From: Thermococcus sp. JdFR-02
GTDB taxonomy: Archaea; Methanobacteriota_B; Thermococci; Thermococcales; Thermococcaceae
DNA: 64,000 nt
Direction of reading: 5' to 3'
Assembly (NCBI GenBank): GCA_002009975.1
Contig: MTLP01000042.1
Location: forward strand, 64,001-128,000
Positions 1 through 10,991 of this stretch are shown piece by piece (within the stretch, counting starts at the first letter, position 1; each line of letters begins with the position of its first letter). A program made the translations under genes and the position numbers. A model generated the notes under the pieces. That model did not search any database and was not told the origin of the DNA. It worked only from the letters and a program-made list of their open reading frames with translations.

Positions 1-200
1 CCGCTTTCGAAAATAACCTTGTGACATCTCTTTACTAACTCTAAAATCTCATCAATCTCTCCTTCAACAACAGTCCCCATAGGGCAAATCATGTATTTTA
101 AGCCGCTCTTTTTAATTTCATTGACTACTGGCTCTAAATACTTTCCAACGCTTGGAGTTTCTGTGCCAAGAGGAAAAAGACAAATTTCAGCAACTGCCAT
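1..200 (-). CDS. MTH1187 family thiamine-binding protein (partial, runs off window start)
   Basis: Manual translation from ATG at 200: MAVAEICLFPLGTETPSVGKYLEPVVNEIKKSGLKYMICPMGTVVEGEIDEILELVKRCH, typical of DUF77/MTH1187; not in ORF track. Confidence 0.85.
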   Translation of the reverse strand, partial: MAVAEICLFPLGTETPSVGKYLEPVVNEIKKSGLKYMICPMGTVVEGEIDEILELVKRCHKVIFES

Positions 201-467
201 TTATCCGCCCCCAGCTGGTGGGAAGATATGAATAACATCATCATCTTTGAGTTGCGTATCTAAACCTTGAAGGTGGAGTATATTATGTCCGTTTACTAAT
301 ATCATCCCGTTAATCTCCCCATTTTCGTCAATTAGTTCATTTTTAGCTTTCTCTCCATATTGCTCAATAATTATGTTGATCAACTCTCTGATAGTCCTCG
401 CTCCGTGAACCTCTATCTCTCTCTTCCCTATAGCTTCTCTTAGAGTTGTGTAAACCTTAACCTTCAT
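201..467 (-). CDS. MoaD/ThiS-family ubiquitin-like sulfur carrier (SAMP-like)
   Basis: Beta-grasp pattern ILVNG...L.D.D.I.IFPP, C-terminal GG; start moved to ATG 467 after GGTGAG RBS. Confidence 0.85.
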   Translation of the reverse strand: MKVKVYTTLREAIGKREIEVHGARTIRELINIIIEQYGEKAKNELIDENGEINGMILVNGHNILHLQGLDTQLKDDDVIHIFPPAGGG

Positions 468-534
468 ATTCTCACCTAACATACTTTTGCACAATAAGGA
501 TTAAAGAGTTTTTGGAATGATATCTGAGAACTAA

Positions 535-1209
535 CTACTCATGCTCTTTTCTTTTCATCTCCTTGTTGTGTATATAATCAAGTAATGGTCTTATCCTTTC
601 CCAGACTTCATCTATTCCACCATGCCCATTTATTTGGACATAAATTCCCTGCTTTTTGTAGAAGGTTATTATAGGCTTCATATTTTTTATGTAGATGTCG
701 TATCTCTTTCCAACGAGTTCTGGTCTGTCATCTTTTCTTTGGACTATCTCTCCACCACAGATGTCGCATTTTCCATCAACCTTAGGTGGTTTGTACCTTA
801 TATGGTAAACTGCTCCACATTTACTGCATATCCTTCTACCACTTATTCTTTCAACGCTCTCTTCCTTTGAAATAAAGATATCTATTGCTACTTCAAGTCT
901 AATACCTCGCTCATAGAGGAAATTTTCCAAGGCTAGAACCTGTTCTGCTGTTCTTGGATAACCATCTAGTATAAAGTTGGTCCTAATCCTCCCAAGCTTT
1001 GAAAAGACTAATGTATTGACTGCTACATCAGGAATTAAATCTCCTTTTGCTAAGTATCTCTCCATTTCTTTCCCAAGACTGCTTCCTCTTTCAATCTCTT
1101 TTCTAATCAGGTCTCCAGAAGAAATGTACTCAAGCTTGTATTTTTGGACTATCTTTCGAGAGTGAGTTGATTTTCCACTTCCTGGAGGTCCAAAAACGAG
1201 TATATTCAT
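535..1209 (-). CDS. adk: Adenylate kinase, zinc-lid type
   Basis: GPPGSGKST P-loop, LDGYPRT motif, CSKC...CDIC lid, RKDD. Confidence 0.93.
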   Translation of the reverse strand: MNILVFGPPGSGKSTHSRKIVQKYKLEYISSGDLIRKEIERGSSLGKEMERYLAKGDLIPDVAVNTLVFSKLGRIRTNFILDGYPRTAEQVLALENFLYERGIRLEVAIDIFISKEESVERISGRRICSKCGAVYHIRYKPPKVDGKCDICGGEIVQRKDDRPELVGKRYDIYIKNMKPIITFYKKQGIYVQINGHGGIDEVWERIRPLLDYIHNKEMKRKEHE

Positions 1210-1264
1210 TTAATCACCAATAGAGATTTATATCTAAAGGAATAAAAATAATTTGGTGAGGGCT

Positions 1265-1720
1265 ATGCCCAAACTAATGACCGGTTTTGTTAGAGCGGCT
1301 GGCTATGCGAACAAAACAAGAAAAGTCCTTTTTGCAATTACCCGGGGCAAAATTACCCCAGAGGAAGTTGTTAGAGCATCTGCGGAATTGAACCAATACC
1401 TCTTCAAAAAGTTTCAAGAACTTAATGTTAAGAAAGAGGATGTTGTGAGGATAGAAGCAAACTTTGAGATAAAGGATGGCAAAATAGTATGGGATTATGA
1501 CAGCTTAAAGATTGAGATTTACAAGAGGGAGGAGGAAGAAAGACTTTCTGAAGCCATGAAAGAAGTAGAAGAAAGTGAGAGAGCACTGGAATTGGTTATT
1601 GATGAATTAAGCAAACTTTCAGAAAAACTTAGGGGACTGAGTGAGGAGATCTCGCAATTGGTTGAAAAACTCAAACAAGAACATACAGCATTAAAGCTTG
1701 AATTCGAGAGAGAAGCCTAA
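1265..1720 (+). CDS. ThermoDBP-related single-stranded nucleic-acid binding protein (DUF2258)
   Basis: N-terminal L.TG.VRAAGYA.K.RKVLFA signature and C-terminal leucine-zipper-like coiled coil. Confidence 0.8.
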   Translation: MPKLMTGFVRAAGYANKTRKVLFAITRGKITPEEVVRASAELNQYLFKKFQELNVKKEDVVRIEANFEIKDGKIVWDYDSLKIEIYKREEEERLSEAMKEVEESERALELVIDELSKLSEKLRGLSEEISQLVEKLKQEHTALKLEFEREA

Positions 1721-2328
1721 ATCATTAACCTATCCAATGTAATGTTAACGTAAGACACAACATGTGAGGTCAGATAACTTTTCCTCCCTATGCTAACTTT
1801 TTCTGCTAAGTTCTCTAAAAAGCGTTCATCTTCTATTTTCAACCCTAAATGATCTCCTAACACAAATGCAACGTTTCTATTAAATCTTATTTGGCTAATA
1901 TCCTTCCCCTTCTCATGCAGATAATAGAGGGTTGAGTTTCTAAGAGTTCGCCTGATAATGTCCTCAAAAGTTAGATTGCTCACATAGATACCTGGAAGAA
2001 TCTCATGTTCCTTTGAAGGTTCTTTAATTGTCTCTCCAACCTTTAAAGCCTTGATTATTAACTTTGCTGTACTTAATTCATCGGGATTTAAAGTTTTAGG
2101 CTTTATTTCTTGCCCTTCAAAGCGAATTGTTTTTGGTGGAATTGGAGGCCCATTCAAATTTAACCAAACCCTAACATTCTTTCTAAATCCATGGGAGAGA
2201 AGAAAAGCACTGCTCAATGTTCGACACAATAGATCAATTCTTCCACTTGTACCCGGCAAATCTTTAAGATTAAAATCTGCCTTTGTTCTCGCTTCATTGG
2301 CTTTTATTATAAAGATTCTAAAGCTCAA
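1717..2328 (-). CDS. trmY: tRNA (pseudouridine54-N1)-methyltransferase, SPOUT family
   Basis: [25 protein letters not shown] and FVLGDH.G motifs. Confidence 0.92.
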   Translation of the reverse strand: MSFRIFIIKANEARTKADFNLKDLPGTSGRIDLLCRTLSSAFLLSHGFRKNVRVWLNLNGPPIPPKTIRFEGQEIKPKTLNPDELSTAKLIIKALKVGETIKEPSKEHEILPGIYVSNLTFEDIIRRTLRNSTLYYLHEKGKDISQIRFNRNVAFVLGDHLGLKIEDERFLENLAEKVSIGRKSYLTSHVVSYVNITLDRLMI

Positions 2329-2578
2329 TACCTTTCACCTTGTCGCTAACGTAACCCTCGAGAATTTCCACCTTTACACTCCTTTCTTCTCCTGTCAAGT
2401 CTGCCATCAACTCAACACCTTTTGCATAATCCCAGAGCCTTCTCTTTGCATCTTCATCAATAGCATCACACATAACTATTATTTCCTTTGCATTTTCCTT
2501 GCTTGCAATTTCAATAACCTTTAAAGCATCACCAACTGTAAAAAGACCCTTCTTCTTGAACAGCATTTTACCCACCAT
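2318..2578 (-). CDS. Small hypothetical protein
   Basis: Co-oriented with and overlapping trmY start; no family recognised. Confidence 0.6.
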   Translation of the reverse strand: MVGKMLFKKKGLFTVGDALKVIEIASKENAKEIIVMCDAIDEDAKRRLWDYAKGVELMADLTGEERSVKVEILEGYVSDKVKGIEL

Positions 2579-2644
2579 TCGCTAATCTGTTGGAGAGTTT
2601 TTAAGGTTGATTATCTAAATTTATGTAATTAAACAAAAAGGTAA

Positions 2645-3145
2645 TTAAATATACTTTATCAGGAGCTTCACAGCTTCATCTAAAATCTCCTTATCGTTCT
2701 CATCAATAACTCTTTCTAAGTAATGAAGAGCTTTTATGTTCAAAATTACATATGCCTCATTTCTATCCAATCCCAAGTCATAGGCTTCATAGAATACCCT
2801 TTCTTCTCCCAATGCTTCATTAAGCATTTTAACAAAATAGTCTATTTCATCTGTTGTTAATTCTCCCCATTTACTCTCAAGTTCATCAAAGTATCTTTCC
2901 AAGATTCTCAATTCATCAATATCGACCTTTAAAGTGCCCTCTACATATGGAAACTCACCGATGCGGAAAATTTTGATCCCCTCATCATCCTGAACTGCAA
3001 CATAATCCCAGAGCAAAAACCCCTCAATAACATTTCCACTTCCATAACGACTTGCTAAATAGGTAAATCTCTCCAAAATATCCTCCATATCCATTAAAAA
3101 CTCCTCTTCATTATCGTATCGCACAATTTTACTGAGAGTTGCCAT
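2645..3145 (-). CDS. Acidic hypothetical protein
   Basis: ORF with AGGTG RBS before ATG 3145 (MATLSK...); no family recognised. Confidence 0.7.
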   Translation of the reverse strand: MATLSKIVRYDNEEEFLMDMEDILERFTYLASRYGSGNVIEGFLLWDYVAVQDDEGIKIFRIGEFPYVEGTLKVDIDELRILERYFDELESKWGELTTDEIDYFVKMLNEALGEERVFYEAYDLGLDRNEAYVILNIKALHYLERVIDENDKEILDEAVKLLIKYI

Positions 3146-3248
3146 TTCTAACACCTTAATGCAAAGATTACAAAACCCCTTTAAAAATGTGTTCCCTTTA
3201 TATTCAGCAAAACTCAAATGTTATAAAATTTAACTGCGAAATTATAAT

Positions 3249-3320
3249 GCCCGAGGAGTATTGGGTTGCGATGACCTCGGGACCCCCAGGGGGGCAACAT
3301 TCCTAAAGCCCCCTTTCCAC
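3249..3320 (+). ncRNA. Putative structured non-coding RNA or topA leader
   Basis: GC-rich island in AT-rich spacer; stems CCCGAGG/CCTCGGG and GGGGGC/GCCCCC; TTATAAA about 25 nt upstream; T-rich tail. Confidence 0.55.
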
Positions 3321-3393
3321 AAATTTTGTTTTTGAAAAATTCTCTTCCATAAAATTCTTAACTGTTCTTGTCCCATTAAAAAAAGGTGCTAAA

Positions 3394-5547
3394 ATGGTCA
3401 CGCTTATAATCGCAGAAAAGCCAAATGTAGCAAGGAAAATTGCTCAAGCCTTAGCAGAGGGTAAAGCTATTCGTAAAAAAATTGGAGATGTTTCTTATTA
3501 TGAGTTAACAAGGGATGGAAAAAAGATAATAGTTGCTCCAGCCGTAGGTCATCTCTTTACGTTAGCACCAAAGAGCAAAAGCTGGGGCTATCCACAATTT
3601 GATATTGAATGGGTTCCAGTTTATGCTGCTGAAAAAGGGAAAAGCTATGCTAGGGACTACATAAAAGCATTAAGAGAGCTCGCAAAAAGAGCTGATGAGT
3701 TTATAGTTGCTTGTGACTATGACACAGAGGGAGAGGTTATTGGATACACGGCTTTAAAGTACGCATGTGGTGTTGACCCATCTAAAGCCAAGCGTATGAA
3801 GTTTTCTGCTTTAACCAAAAGAGATATCCTAAATGCTTGGTATAACTTAGAACCAACTATAAATTTCGGAATGGCGGATGCTGGAATAGCAAGGCATATT
3901 CTAGATTGGTATTGGGGCGTGAACTTATCAAGGGCTTTGAGTCATGCAATAAGGAGAGCAAGTGGGAAGTGGATGGTTTTATCGACGGGAAGAGTTCAAG
4001 GTCCAACCCTCAAGTTTTTAGTTGAGAGAGAAGCAGAGATCAAAAACTTCGTGCCAACTCCTTATTGGGTTATAAAGATGATTTTAGAAAAAGAGGGAAA
4101 GCAGTACACAGCTACTTATGAAAAAGAGAGAATTTTAAATGAAGAAGAAGCAAAAAGGATTGTGAAGGAAGCAAAGCAAGGAAAAGCATTTGTTGAGAAA
4201 ATTGAAGTTAAACAACAAAAAAGGAATCCACCTTATCCCTTTGACTTAGGAACCCTGCAAAGGGAAGCTTACTCCGCTTTTGGTTATTCCCCAAAGAAGA
4301 CCTTAGATATTGCCCAGCGTTTGTATGAAGCCTCTTTAATCTCTTACCCGAGAACATCTTCCCAAAAACTTCCAAAGAATGTGAACTTTAGATACATACT
4401 TCAAAATCTTGCCAAACTTCCTGAATATAAGCCCTTTGCCCATGAGCTTTTGGGAAAAAGTAATCTTAAACCCGTAGAAGGTAAAAAAGATGACCCTGCT
4501 CACCCAGCTATCTATCCAACTGGCGAATTACCTGAATTAAGCAAGTTAAATCAAGAAGAGAGAAATTTATATGATTTAGTTGTGAGAAGGTTCCTAGCGG
4601 TTTTTGCTGAACCTGCAGTTAGAGAGAGCGTTAAAGTGATTATAAATTCAAATAACCATCGCTTTATCTTAAGTGGTTCCAGAACTCTCAAAGAAGGATG
4701 GCTTAAGATCTATGGCAAATACGTAAAATTCGATGAAATAATCCTACCCCAATTCAGAGAAGGTGAGCTAATTAAAGTTCTTCAAATTAGGAAGGAAAAA
4801 AAGAAGACAAAACCACCTGCAAGATACAGTCCAGCTAGTATTATAAAAAAGATGGAAGACTTGGGAATTGGAACTAAAGCCACAAGAGCACAAATCTTGG
4901 AAACCCTCTACAATAGGGGATACATTGAAGGAAAGAAGAAAATTAAGGTAACTCCTCTAGGAATGCAAGTTGTTGAAGCTTTAGAAAAGCATGTTCCAGA
5001 TATTGTGAGTGTTAAGCTGACACGGGAATTTGAGGAGAAGATGGAACAGATAATGCAGAGAAGACTGAACAAAGATAAAGTTATTGAAGATGCAAAAGAA
5101 CAGCTAATTAAAATTTTAAAGGAGTTTAAAGCAAAGGAAATGGATATAGGTAAAGAGCTGATGCAAAAGCTCCTAGAAAGTGAAGAGAGATCAAAGAAAA
5201 AAAAGAGAGGAAAAGAAAAGGAGATAAGCCTGGAAGAGCAGGAAAAAGTAAAAAGAGAAGCTGAAAAAGAAAACAAAGCTAAGGATTACATTGTAGTAGG
5301 GAAATGTCCAAAGTGCGGAGGGGACTTAGTCGTTAGATACAACAGAAAAAGTGGAAAAAGATTTGTTGGATGCTCCAATTGGCCAAATTGTAACGTTACA
5401 TACCCATTGTTGCAAAGAGGAGAGGTAATACCCACAGGGAAGATTTGTCCAGAATGTAAAGCACCAATAGTTAAGATTAGAGAAAAAGGAAGAGAGTTTG
5501 AAGTATGCCTGGATATTAAGTGTAATAGATGGAAAAGAAAAAGTTAG
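3394..5547 (+). CDS. topA: Type IA DNA topoisomerase (archaeal topo I/III), intein-free
   Basis: IAEKP and [15 protein letters not shown] motifs, STGRVQ, ISYPRT catalytic Tyr, C-terminal zinc ribbons. Confidence 0.96.
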   Translation: MVTLIIAEKPNVARKIAQALAEGKAIRKKIGDVSYYELTRDGKKIIVAPAVGHLFTLAPKSKSWGYPQFDIEWVPVYAAEKGKSYARDYIKALRELAKRADEFIVACDYDTEGEVIGYTALKYACGVDPSKAKRMKFSALTKRDILNAWYNLEPTINFGMADAGIARHILDWYWGVNLSRALSHAIRRASGKWMVLSTGRVQGPTLKFLVEREAEIKNFVPTPYWVIKMILEKEGKQYTATYEKERILNEEEAKRIVKEAKQGKAFVEKIEVKQQKRNPPYPFDLGTLQREAYSAFGYSPKKTLDIAQRLYEASLISYPRTSSQKLPKNVNFRYILQNLAKLPEYKPFAHELLGKSNLKPVEGKKDDPAHPAIYPTGELPELSKLNQEERNLYDLVVRRFLAVFAEPAVRESVKVIINSNNHRFILSGSRTLKEGWLKIYGKYVKFDEIILPQFREGELIKVLQIRKEKKKTKPPARYSPASIIKKMEDLGIGTKATRAQILETLYNRGYIEGKKKIKVTPLGMQVVEALEKHVPDIVSVKLTREFEEKMEQIMQRRLNKDKVIEDAKEQLIKILKEFKAKEMDIGKELMQKLLESEERSKKKKRGKEKEISLEEQEKVKREAEKENKAKDYIVVGKCPKCGGDLVVRYNRKSGKRFVGCSNWPNCNVTYPLLQRGEVIPTGKICPECKAPIVKIREKGREFEVCLDIKCNRWKRKS

Positions 5548-6734
5548 ATAGCTTCAGTTAATAGTTTAAGTAGCTTGGGTTTAAGTAAAACCTTTGGATT
5601 CTTAATTAAGGCTTTGAAAACTTTTTTATAGTCACCTGAAATTAGGCTTTCTGCATCTGCTCCACTTAAAGCTTGAACTGCTGCATCTAATTCGTCATCG
5701 CTTAGCTTTTCACTTATCTTCCTGATCTTCAGAACCCTCATTAACCTTGCTCCATCCTTGCTCCACCATTCTTCAGTATAGCCTTTTAATAGCTCCAAGT
5801 TTTCATCTTCAAGGGCTTTAGTGATATATCTTGAAGCAATGGTTCCAGCTTCCATAGCCTCTGCCATTCCGCCACCATGTATTGGATTTACCTGCCTTGC
5901 GGCATCACCAACTACGACAACATTATCTTTAACAAGCTCTCTCAAGAATCCACCGACTGGGACTCCCCCAACATTGACTTCCAAAATTTTAACGCCTTTT
6001 ATGTTGTTCTCTTTTATCCACTTATCTAAATAGTATTTAGCAGTTCTTGGATTATCACCAGCAATTCCTACCCCAACATTAGCCCTATCCTCATCTTTTG
6101 GGAAAACCCATACGTATCCTCTTGGAGCTATCTCATTTCCAAAGTAGAGGTGTATTAAATCAGGATCAGGTATATTTTCAATGATCATCTCATACTCATA
6201 TGCACTATCAAGCTCATGGGGAGGTAAAAAGCTGTTAATCCCAGCCCATCTTGCTACCCTACTTTCAATGCCATCTGCAGCAACTATAACATCGGCATAG
6301 ATTTCTAAAGAATTTCCTTCATGCCTAGCCTTAATTCCCTTGATTTTTCCATCTTCTCTAATTAGACCAATAGCTTCCGTTTTTGCCATTATATCTGCTC
6401 CAGCTTTTGCGGCATAGTAAGCTAACATCTTGTCGAATATCTTTCTCTCCAAAATAACTCCCGCAACATGGTTGTGCTTAACCTCTAACTTATATCCACT
6501 TGGAGAATAAATAGCAGCGCCATAAATCTCTCTATTGATGAAACGCTTGTCATAGGGAATATCATATTTTTTAAATGCACCGATACTTATGCCCTCTCCA
6601 CATCTTTTTGGAGTGCCAATTTCAGCTTTCTTATCAATCATTAAAACTTTAAAGCCCTCTTTTGCAACGTTTCTGGCAACAATTGGTCCAGCAATCCCTG
6701 ATCCCACTATAACAACGTCATATTTAAGCTTCAT
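5544..6734 (-). CDS. Digeranylgeranylglycerophospholipid reductase (GGR)
   Basis: GSGIAG FAD motif, [23 protein letters not shown]...P.HGGG. Confidence 0.9.
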   Translation of the reverse strand: MKLKYDVVIVGSGIAGPIVARNVAKEGFKVLMIDKKAEIGTPKRCGEGISIGAFKKYDIPYDKRFINREIYGAAIYSPSGYKLEVKHNHVAGVILERKIFDKMLAYYAAKAGADIMAKTEAIGLIREDGKIKGIKARHEGNSLEIYADVIVAADGIESRVARWAGINSFLPPHELDSAYEYEMIIENIPDPDLIHLYFGNEIAPRGYVWVFPKDEDRANVGVGIAGDNPRTAKYYLDKWIKENNIKGVKILEVNVGGVPVGGFLRELVKDNVVVVGDAARQVNPIHGGGMAEAMEAGTIASRYITKALEDENLELLKGYTEEWWSKDGARLMRVLKIRKISEKLSDDELDAAVQALSGADAESLISGDYKKVFKALIKNPKVLLKPKLLKLLTEAI

Positions 6735-6925
6735 TGTTCCACCTCCTCAGCATTTAAAGCACCTACTGGACAAGCTAAAACGCAGAACTTACAGCTTATA
6801 CATTTATCAAAAAAGAAGTTCCATTCATCATTTTCGATTATTATGGCTTCTTTAGGACAAACAGCAACACATGAACCGCATAAATAACACTTCTCTTTAT
6901 CAACTATTATTTCAACCTTTGGCAT
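6731..6925 (-). CDS. 2x[4Fe-4S] ferredoxin (Fd-2-like, between surR and GGR)
   Basis: Two CxxCxxCxxxCP motifs. Confidence 0.92.
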   Translation of the reverse strand: MPKVEIIVDKEKCYLCGSCVAVCPKEAIIIENDEWNFFFDKCISCKFCVLACPVGALNAEEVEQ

Positions 6926-6936
6926 AACCTGCCCCC

Positions 6937-7641
6937 CTAAAGGCTCTTTGTTAGTGCCTCTGTGTCAATTTTCACTCTACTGTCTTTTATTATTAACGGT
7001 ACAAATTTGCTTAGCTCCTCTGCCTTCTTTAAAACCTCCCTCTCCTTTAGATTTAATTTATCACTAAGCTCTTCAATTGTTGCTTCACCATTTAACAAGA
7101 GATAATGCAGAACTGCTAACTGTGTCATATCACCAATTTCCTTAAGGTACTTCTCTTTAATCATCTTTATTAACCAATCTCTGTAGGTTTCTATTTTCTG
7201 CAGTATTGCTAGAACTTCCTCCAATTCTTCATTCGCTTTTAAGAAGTCGTTAACCATCTCGTGAAGATTTTCATGCTTTAAATTAAGCTTTTGCAGATCG
7301 ATAGAGTATTCTACTAAATGCTCCTTTGCAGGTTCCCTCTCCAATGAAATACCTTTGTACCAAAAGAGGTTTGGAGTTATTGTGGCAATATATGTATTTG
7401 AAACACTTATCTTGTAATATTTTCTCATCGGACCTATTAACTGTTCTTCCTTTTCATAGGCTTGAATTACTCCCTCTCTTTCCATGATCTTAAGATGCTT
7501 AGAAACTGCTGTTGATGAGACATTAACCCTGCTACTAAGCAAGCTAAAATAACATTCAGTGCAAGTGAGATGTCCGAGTAAATCTCTTCTCACCTTATTT
7601 CCAAGTATGTAAAATATATCCGGTTCAGACATGTTCCCCAC
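6937..7641 (-). CDS. surR: Sulfur-response redox-switch regulator SurR (ArsR-like)
   Basis: EPDIFYILGNKVRRDLL.HLTCTECYFS with CxxC switch; divergent from PDO as in other Thermococcales. Confidence 0.92.
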   Translation of the reverse strand: MGNMSEPDIFYILGNKVRRDLLGHLTCTECYFSLLSSRVNVSSTAVSKHLKIMEREGVIQAYEKEEQLIGPMRKYYKISVSNTYIATITPNLFWYKGISLEREPAKEHLVEYSIDLQKLNLKHENLHEMVNDFLKANEELEEVLAILQKIETYRDWLIKMIKEKYLKEIGDMTQLAVLHYLLLNGEATIEELSDKLNLKEREVLKKAEELSKFVPLIIKDSRVKIDTEALTKSL

Positions 7642-7683
7642 CTACCCAAATTTGTAGCGTAAAGCTTATATAGTGTGCATCTC

Positions 7684-7700
7684 AACCTTTGGTTGAAAAC
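7684..7700. promoter_or_regulatory. Long SurR binding site (AAC-n5-GTT-n3-AAC) in surR/pdo divergent promoter
   Basis: AACCTTTGGTTGAAAAC is the reverse complement of the GTTn3AACn5GTT consensus. Confidence 0.8.
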
Positions 7701-7783
7701 TTTAAATTTGCAAATGGTTATTGAACTAATGTTACCCTCTAAGGGTTATAAATCTTTAGTTCAAAATGTGGGAGGTTGTGAAA

Positions 7784-8458
7784 ATGGGATTGATAAGTGA
7801 TGGAGATAAGAAGGTAATCAAAGAGGAATTTTTCTCAAAGTTAGTTAATCCAGTCAAGATAATCACTTTCATAGGAAAAGAGCACTGTCAATACTGTGAA
7901 CAGCTAAAACAGCTTGTGCAAGAGATTAGTGAGCTTAGTGATTTAATTAGCTATGAGATACATGACTTTGACACAGAAAAAGAACTTGCCCAAAAGTATA
8001 GAATTCCAATGGCACCAGCGGTTACAATAACCCAAGATGGGAAGGACTTGGGAGTTAGGTACTTTGGATTACCAGCTGGTCACGAGTTTGGTGCATTCCT
8101 AGAGGATATAGTTGATGTTTCAAGAGGAGAGACAGACTTAATGCCTGACACAAAGGAAGTATTAAAGAGTATTGACAAAGATGTTCAAATTTACGTATTT
8201 GTCACACCAACTTGTCCCTATTGCCCAGCAGCAGTTAGAATGGCACATAAATTTGCCCTTGAGAACACATTAGCAGGAAAAGGCAAGATACTTGGCGACA
8301 TGGTTGAGGCAATTGAATATCCAGATTTAGCCGATAGATATAGGGTAATGGCAGTTCCAAAGATCGTCATAAAGGTTGATGGCGAAGATAAAGTTGAATT
8401 TGAAGGTGCTTATCCAGAGAAAATGTTTCTTGAGAAGCTTTTAACGGCTCTTGAGTGA
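7784..8458 (+). CDS. pdo: Protein disulfide oxidoreductase (two thioredoxin folds)
   Basis: CQYC and CPYC active sites, GLPAGHEF, MAVPKI. Confidence 0.93.
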   Translation: MGLISDGDKKVIKEEFFSKLVNPVKIITFIGKEHCQYCEQLKQLVQEISELSDLISYEIHDFDTEKELAQKYRIPMAPAVTITQDGKDLGVRYFGLPAGHEFGAFLEDIVDVSRGETDLMPDTKEVLKSIDKDVQIYVFVTPTCPYCPAAVRMAHKFALENTLAGKGKILGDMVEAIEYPDLADRYRVMAVPKIVIKVDGEDKVEFEGAYPEKMFLEKLLTALE

Positions 8459-8517
8459 CCTCTTTTCTACCTTATTTTTAAAAGCCTTAAATGAGATTGT
8501 TAAATTGGTGAAGCTTA

Positions 8518-8865
8518 ATGGTAGAAATACTTGCAAAACTTGAAGAAGAGCAGAGAATTGGAAAAATATACAAAATCTATTCTGTTAAAAGCAACTTGCT
8601 TGAAGCTTTAAAAGAGCTATGGGAAAATAGAGCTATCTTTGAAATTTATGAAGAGAATGAAGCGTCTCTAATTGATGACATGCTGACCAATAACGAGGAG
8701 CTTTTTACAAGGCTCATTAGAGAGATAGAATTAAACAAAGGACTTGAGAGCGCGAAATTAGTAGTGTCTTCAAAAGACAAGATAGTTATGATAATCAAAA
8801 TTGGTGAGTACATAACTTGGAGATTGTCTCTGCTTCCAGAGAAAGTTGAGATCAAAGAAGCTTAA
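8518..8865 (+). CDS. Hypothetical protein
   Basis: GGTGA RBS, plausible composition. Confidence 0.6.
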   Translation: MVEILAKLEEEQRIGKIYKIYSVKSNLLEALKELWENRAIFEIYEENEASLIDDMLTNNEELFTRLIREIELNKGLESAKLVVSSKDKIVMIIKIGEYITWRLSLLPEKVEIKEA

Positions 8866-9150
8866 CTACTTCTTCCATTTCCAGTTTTTTGTGTTTTCTC
8901 TTTCGAGCCAATAATATGCATGGATTTTTCCATAGGCAGTTAAGAGTTTTCCGGCAACCGCTGACATAATCAAGAGAAATATCCCAATTAAGACCCATTC
9001 TTTAAGTGTTAACCCATACCTCATTCCACTATAGAGCAATCCAGATACCCACAGAAAAATTGGAGCCAAAGCTATTAATACCATCAATATGAGAAGAATC
9101 TTGAATCCATACCTTTCCATGAAAAGCGAAAAATCCATAAGTTTCACCAA
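8866..9150 (-). CDS. Small two-TM membrane protein
   Basis: Two hydrophobic stretches, basic C-terminus. Confidence 0.65.
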   Translation of the reverse strand: MVKLMDFSLFMERYGFKILLILMVLIALAPIFLWVSGLLYSGMRYGLTLKEWVLIGIFLLIMSAVAGKLLTAYGKIHAYYWLERENTKNWKWKK

Positions 9151-9198
9151 ATTATTATTGTTGCTTGATGCTTAAACCCTTTGTCATGGTGGTGAAGA

Positions 9199-9954
9199 AT
9201 GTTCTTAGCGGAGATTTTTAATAGCTGGCAAGGTGAAGGAGGAAGTGTTGAGGGTTCTGCTTTTGGGAGAAGGCAAATTTTTGTAAGATTTGCTGGATGC
9301 GACCTCTTTTGCTGGTGGTGTGATTCTAAACAATATTTGATTGCTTCTCAAGTTCCAAAGTATCGCTATGAAATCAAGCCCTTTAGTGGACGCTTTGAAT
9401 ATAAAAACAATCCAGCGAAAATTGAAGATGTTATTAATATTATTCTAAATCTCGACACTGGAGACATTCACTCAATAAGTTATACGGGAGGAGAGCCAAC
9501 TTTACAAACGAAGTCCCTTAAAGAGTTAATGGATAAGATGAGAGAGGTTGGATTTAAAAATTATCTTGAAACCAATGGCTCCCAGCCCCAAAAAGTTAAG
9601 GAAGTCGCGTATTTAACTGATTATGCCTGTGTTGATATAAAGGATGAGACAGCAAGAGCAGCGAAAGATTGGAGAGATTTAGTTTTAAGGGAAATTGAGA
9701 GCATAAAAATCTTAAAAGAGCATAACGTTAAGGTTTTTGCAAAATTGGTTGTCACAAAAGACACAAAAGCTGAGAATATTAGATGGTATGCTGAGCTTTT
9801 GAAAGGAACAGCACCCATGGTAATCCAGCCAAAAGAACCTATAGATATTTCCCAAAAACAATTAATGAAGTTTTACAATATCATCGCAGGAATTATGGGG
9901 AAAGAAAATGTTGGGTTAAGCTTTCAAGTGCATAAGTATCTTGGAGTTTTGTGA
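9199..9954 (+). CDS. queE: 7-carboxy-7-deazaguanine synthase (radical SAM, archaeosine pathway)
   Basis: EIF.SWQGEG, FVRFAGCxxxCxxCD, TGGEP, LETNG, QVHKYL. Confidence 0.88.
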   Translation: MFLAEIFNSWQGEGGSVEGSAFGRRQIFVRFAGCDLFCWWCDSKQYLIASQVPKYRYEIKPFSGRFEYKNNPAKIEDVINIILNLDTGDIHSISYTGGEPTLQTKSLKELMDKMREVGFKNYLETNGSQPQKVKEVAYLTDYACVDIKDETARAAKDWRDLVLREIESIKILKEHNVKVFAKLVVTKDTKAENIRWYAELLKGTAPMVIQPKEPIDISQKQLMKFYNIIAGIMGKENVGLSFQVHKYLGVL

Positions 9955-9987
9955 AAGGTTTTTAACTATCCTTCTTACAACATTATC

Positions 9988-10049
9988 TAGGCGATGATGT
10001 AGATTGGCCTTTGGGGTATTGATGCCCGGGATCGACATTGCTGAGCCTA
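9988..10049 (+). ncRNA. Box C/D guide sRNA (degenerate internal boxes)
   Basis: Terminal stem TAGGC/GCCTA flanking C-like ATGATGT (9994) and D box CTGA (10041); C'-like TTGATGC. Confidence 0.7.
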
Positions 10050-10946
10050 TAAAAGAAGAAGACCGAACTCTTCTAAAACTCTCTCAATTTCTTCGACTTC
10101 TTCTTCCTGTAAAGGCAAGCTGGGGTATCTTGGATATCCAACGTTCAAGCCCCTGATATTCATGGCTTCCTTTACAGCGCTTATCTGATCCCGTCTTTTC
10201 ACTATAACTTCATTTAGATATGTAAGTTTTATCTGAAGCTTTTTTGCTCTTTCAAATTTTCGTTCTTGGAAAGCATTGTAAAGTTCAACGCACATGCGAG
10301 GAGCAACATTGGCAATAGCTATCACAGCACCGTGAGCACCGAGTATTAGCGAGGGATATATTAAATCTCCTGTTCCAGCTAGCACACTGATTCTATCCCC
10401 AACCACTCTAATTAGCTCACTTATCCTCCCTATCGAGCCACTTGAGTCTTTAATTCCAATAATATTTGAATGCTCTTCAACAAGCTTTTCGACAACATCT
10501 ATACTTATGTTATATCCAGTGAACTTTGGAACATTATAAATGAGTATCGGCGTGTCAACTTTTTCTGCTATCTTTGAATAGTGGGCAAAAATTTCCCTTT
10601 CATTTGGTTTGAAATAATAAGGGGGCACTATTAGAACAGCATCAACCCCAATGTTCCATGCTTCTTCAGTTAACTTAATCGTTTCTTTTGTAGAATTTTC
10701 ACCTGTTCCAGCAATTATTGGAACCCTATTGTTAGTTTCATCAACAACTATCTTCAAAACCTCAAGTTTTTCCTCAAAGCTTAAGTAGGGAAACTCTCCA
10801 TTACTTCCTAATGTCACTAATCCACATATTCCAGCATCTATAAAGTAGTCCACAAGCTCCCTAAGAACTTCTTCATTGATTTCCTCATCTTCATCAAAAG
10901 GTGTTACATGGGGAACAAATATACCCTCCAGCAAGATATGCACCAA
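10047..10946 (-). CDS. Dihydrodipicolinate synthase (DapA) family aldolase
   Basis: LGSNGE, YNVP, GIKDSSG Schiff-base Lys. Confidence 0.88.
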   Translation of the reverse strand: MVHILLEGIFVPHVTPFDEDEEINEEVLRELVDYFIDAGICGLVTLGSNGEFPYLSFEEKLEVLKIVVDETNNRVPIIAGTGENSTKETIKLTEEAWNIGVDAVLIVPPYYFKPNEREIFAHYSKIAEKVDTPILIYNVPKFTGYNISIDVVEKLVEEHSNIIGIKDSSGSIGRISELIRVVGDRISVLAGTGDLIYPSLILGAHGAVIAIANVAPRMCVELYNAFQERKFERAKKLQIKLTYLNEVIVKRRDQISAVKEAMNIRGLNVGYPRYPSLPLQEEEVEEIERVLEEFGLLLL

Positions 10947-10991
10947 ATTAAAAAGGATGTTTGACTAATTAAATTTTTTGGGGTAGGAAAA

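Noticed and set aside
2318-2578. Faint resemblance to a Mrr-type restriction endonuclease C-terminal half
   Set aside because: No catalytic motif visible; too weak to call
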